Part shown: piece after piece, positions 62,197-64,000 of the stretch
Position numbering within the stretch: position 1 is the first letter of the stretch
Layout: every line of letters starts with the position of its first letter
Notes under the pieces: model-generated
The model's database searches: none
The model's input: only the letters and a program-made list of their open reading frames with translations
Told to the model about the DNA's origin: nothing
NCBI RefSeq assembly: GCF_963921235.1
Contig: NC_086118.1
Coordinates: 21,702,001 to 21,766,000 of the forward strand
Direction: 5' to 3'
Source of the DNA: Mobula hypostoma
Taxonomy: Eukaryota
DNA: 64,000 bases
Made by a program: the position numbers and the translations under genes

Positions 62197-63349
62197 CTAC
62201 TTACTGAGTGAGCTCGCGGTCATTGTGATTTTTGCTGTTTATGTCCCTCTTGTGCTCGTGTTGGGGAAGAGCTGCAAGAATTCCACAGCACCATCTGTGA
62301 CCTCACCCTGATGGTTTCTTCATTATTGCTGGTGACCTCAATCTTGCCAACTTAAAAACAATCCTGCCAAAGTTCTACCAACATATCACCTTCACAACCA
62401 GAGCAGAGAATATATTAGGCCTGGTGCGTACCAATGTTTTTGGAGCCATCAAAGCTGCCCCCCACCCTCACCTCGGATACTAAACTACATATCCATTCTG
62501 CTAATCCCTCACTGGTTAAATGAGGAAAACCAGTTTAAAGGGAGATCAGGACTTAGCCAGAATGTGCAACCGCAGTGCTGCAGGATTGTATCGAATGTAC
62601 GGACTGGAACAGTTCAAGAAGGCAGCTACCTATGATCATCATGTCAACATTGATAAATATGAGGTATTGGTGACTGGCTACAAAGGAAAATGCTTTAAGG
62701 ACGTTACCATTTTTAAACCCTACACTGTCAGGGCAAACCAGAAATCCTAGCTGACTGCAGAGGTTCATGCACTGCTTAGGGATTGGGACGCTAATTTCAG
62801 ATTGGGGGATAAGATGACTCTAAATTCAGCCACAGCCGTACCATCAGGAATGCAAAACAAGAGTACTCACAGAATATTTACAGACACCTTTGTGACACCA
62901 GCGACACATGGCACAACAGATTAATGTCTACCCTGCACGTCAACCACAGCGATGCCTCCCTCCCAGATACCCTGAATGCCTTCTCTGCACGATCTGCTGC
63001 AATGAATGATGGGACGTCGAGGAACACCCCCTCTCCCCCTGAGGAGCAGGCGCCCTGTCTGGCTGAGGACAGGAGAGGAGGATCCTAGCCAGGTGAGGAG
63101 GACCCTAGCCAGGTTAAACCCAGGCAAAACTGCAGTGCCAGACAACATACCTGGTCGGGTGCTGAGGGATTGTGTAGCCAGGTAACAACAAAGACATCTT
63201 TAACGTCTCTTTGTAACAGGTGTCAAGGCAGCCACCATTATTCCAGTGCCCAAGAGAGTAATGATAATGGTCCTAAATGATTGCCGCCCTGTGGCACTGA
63301 CCTCACCTATCATGAAGTTCTTTGAACGGCTGGTAATGTTTCTGCTTGG

Positions 63350-64000
63350 CAGGTGAGGGCTGTGGCTGTGAAACAATCTCAGGTTCTGAGGCCACCTCCA
63401 TGCTGGTTGTCTGAGTTGAGTTTGGGACTGCAGGAAGTGGTTCTGACTGCTCTGGTCACCTTTCTTTTCTAACAATGAACTCTGCTGTCCTCAACTGATC
63501 AATGTGTCGTTTCCAGATAATATCAGACGCAATCTCCATCAAGGGCAAGTTCATCCTGGTGCTGGTAAAAATGGGGGAGCTGGGATTTCTGCTGCACATT
63601 CCAGCCATTTTGAGTGGTCATGTAGACCTGAGACAGTGTTTTATGGTTTCCCTTTGGATCATCTCTGACGTAATAGGGAGACTTGCAATTTGTATTAGGA
63701 AGAATACGTCAAGCAGTATCTGCTTTTGTAAATTTTTCAAGTATTTCTTTTTCCAAGTGTAAACATACAATCCATCAGCATTTCCATGATTAGTTGTCCT
63801 CTTGAATTTGATCTTGTAATTGTCTCCTCCGCAAAACCGAGCCCATCTGTGCAGTCATGTTGCTGCTGTTAGTGGAACTCCCTTCTGTGGATTGAAAATG
63901 GACGCCAATGGTTGATGATCAGAAATGATGGTAAACTCTCCCATACAGGAACTGGGTGAAGCATTTTACATCCCAAACCAGATTCAAGGTCTCTGTCAAT
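63350..64000 (-). mobile_element. Gypsy fragment of the same family as 15533-20650 (runs off the window)
   Basis: 63768-63820 (CAATCCATCAGCATTTCCATGATTAGTTGTCCTCTTGAATTTGATCTT) is nearly identical to ~18093-18140 in the RNase H region. Confidence 0.85.

Larger units (their letters stand above)
56500..63345 (+). mobile_element. Rex1/Babar LINE split by a Gypsy insertion and by an internal minisatellite
   Basis: ILLSNVPSLENKLD..LTERWFQDTTPDSAIQQE (56602-56782) continues after 60284 as GLISF*ADRNSMISGKTRGG..VNKSWC, and after the array as KCRPFYLLSELAVIVIFAVYVP. IIAGDLN, ANQKS and AATIIPVPK motifs follow. Confidence 0.9.

Overview
This is eukaryotic, repeat-dense vertebrate DNA. The repeat repertoire (CR1 with ATGGTCTT/CATAGAA tails, V-SINEs, Rex1/Babar, Penelope 3' ends, Tc1 and hAT MITEs) suggests a cartilaginous fish, probably a ray; this is an inference and no search was run. 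No intact cellular CDS is recognisable, and most ORFs in the track are retroelement debris. A CpG-rich, ETS-motif promoter/first exon near 14.2-14.55 kb and a clean 87-nt exon at 128-214 suggest an unidentified minus-strand gene leaving the window on the left. The rest is nested mobile DNA: six Gypsy elements or fragments (two chromoviral with exact 5-bp TSDs), two solo LTRs with TSDs, a young 5'-truncated Nimb/I-group LINE (RT + RNase H, 9-bp TSD), and many LINE/SINE/MITE fragments. Three observations stand out. (1) Penelope-derived minimal hammerhead ribozymes recur, several as ~100-bp stand-alone units that begin at the ribozyme and have their own TSDs. (2) A 30 x 60-bp minisatellite arose from the endonuclease coding sequence of a dead Rex1/Babar LINE and gives 664-aa and 600-aa ORFs on opposite strands. 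(3) Two back-to-back ~80-bp near-perfect palindromes lie at 387-733. All coordinates were read by eye; boundaries not fixed by TSDs are approximate.
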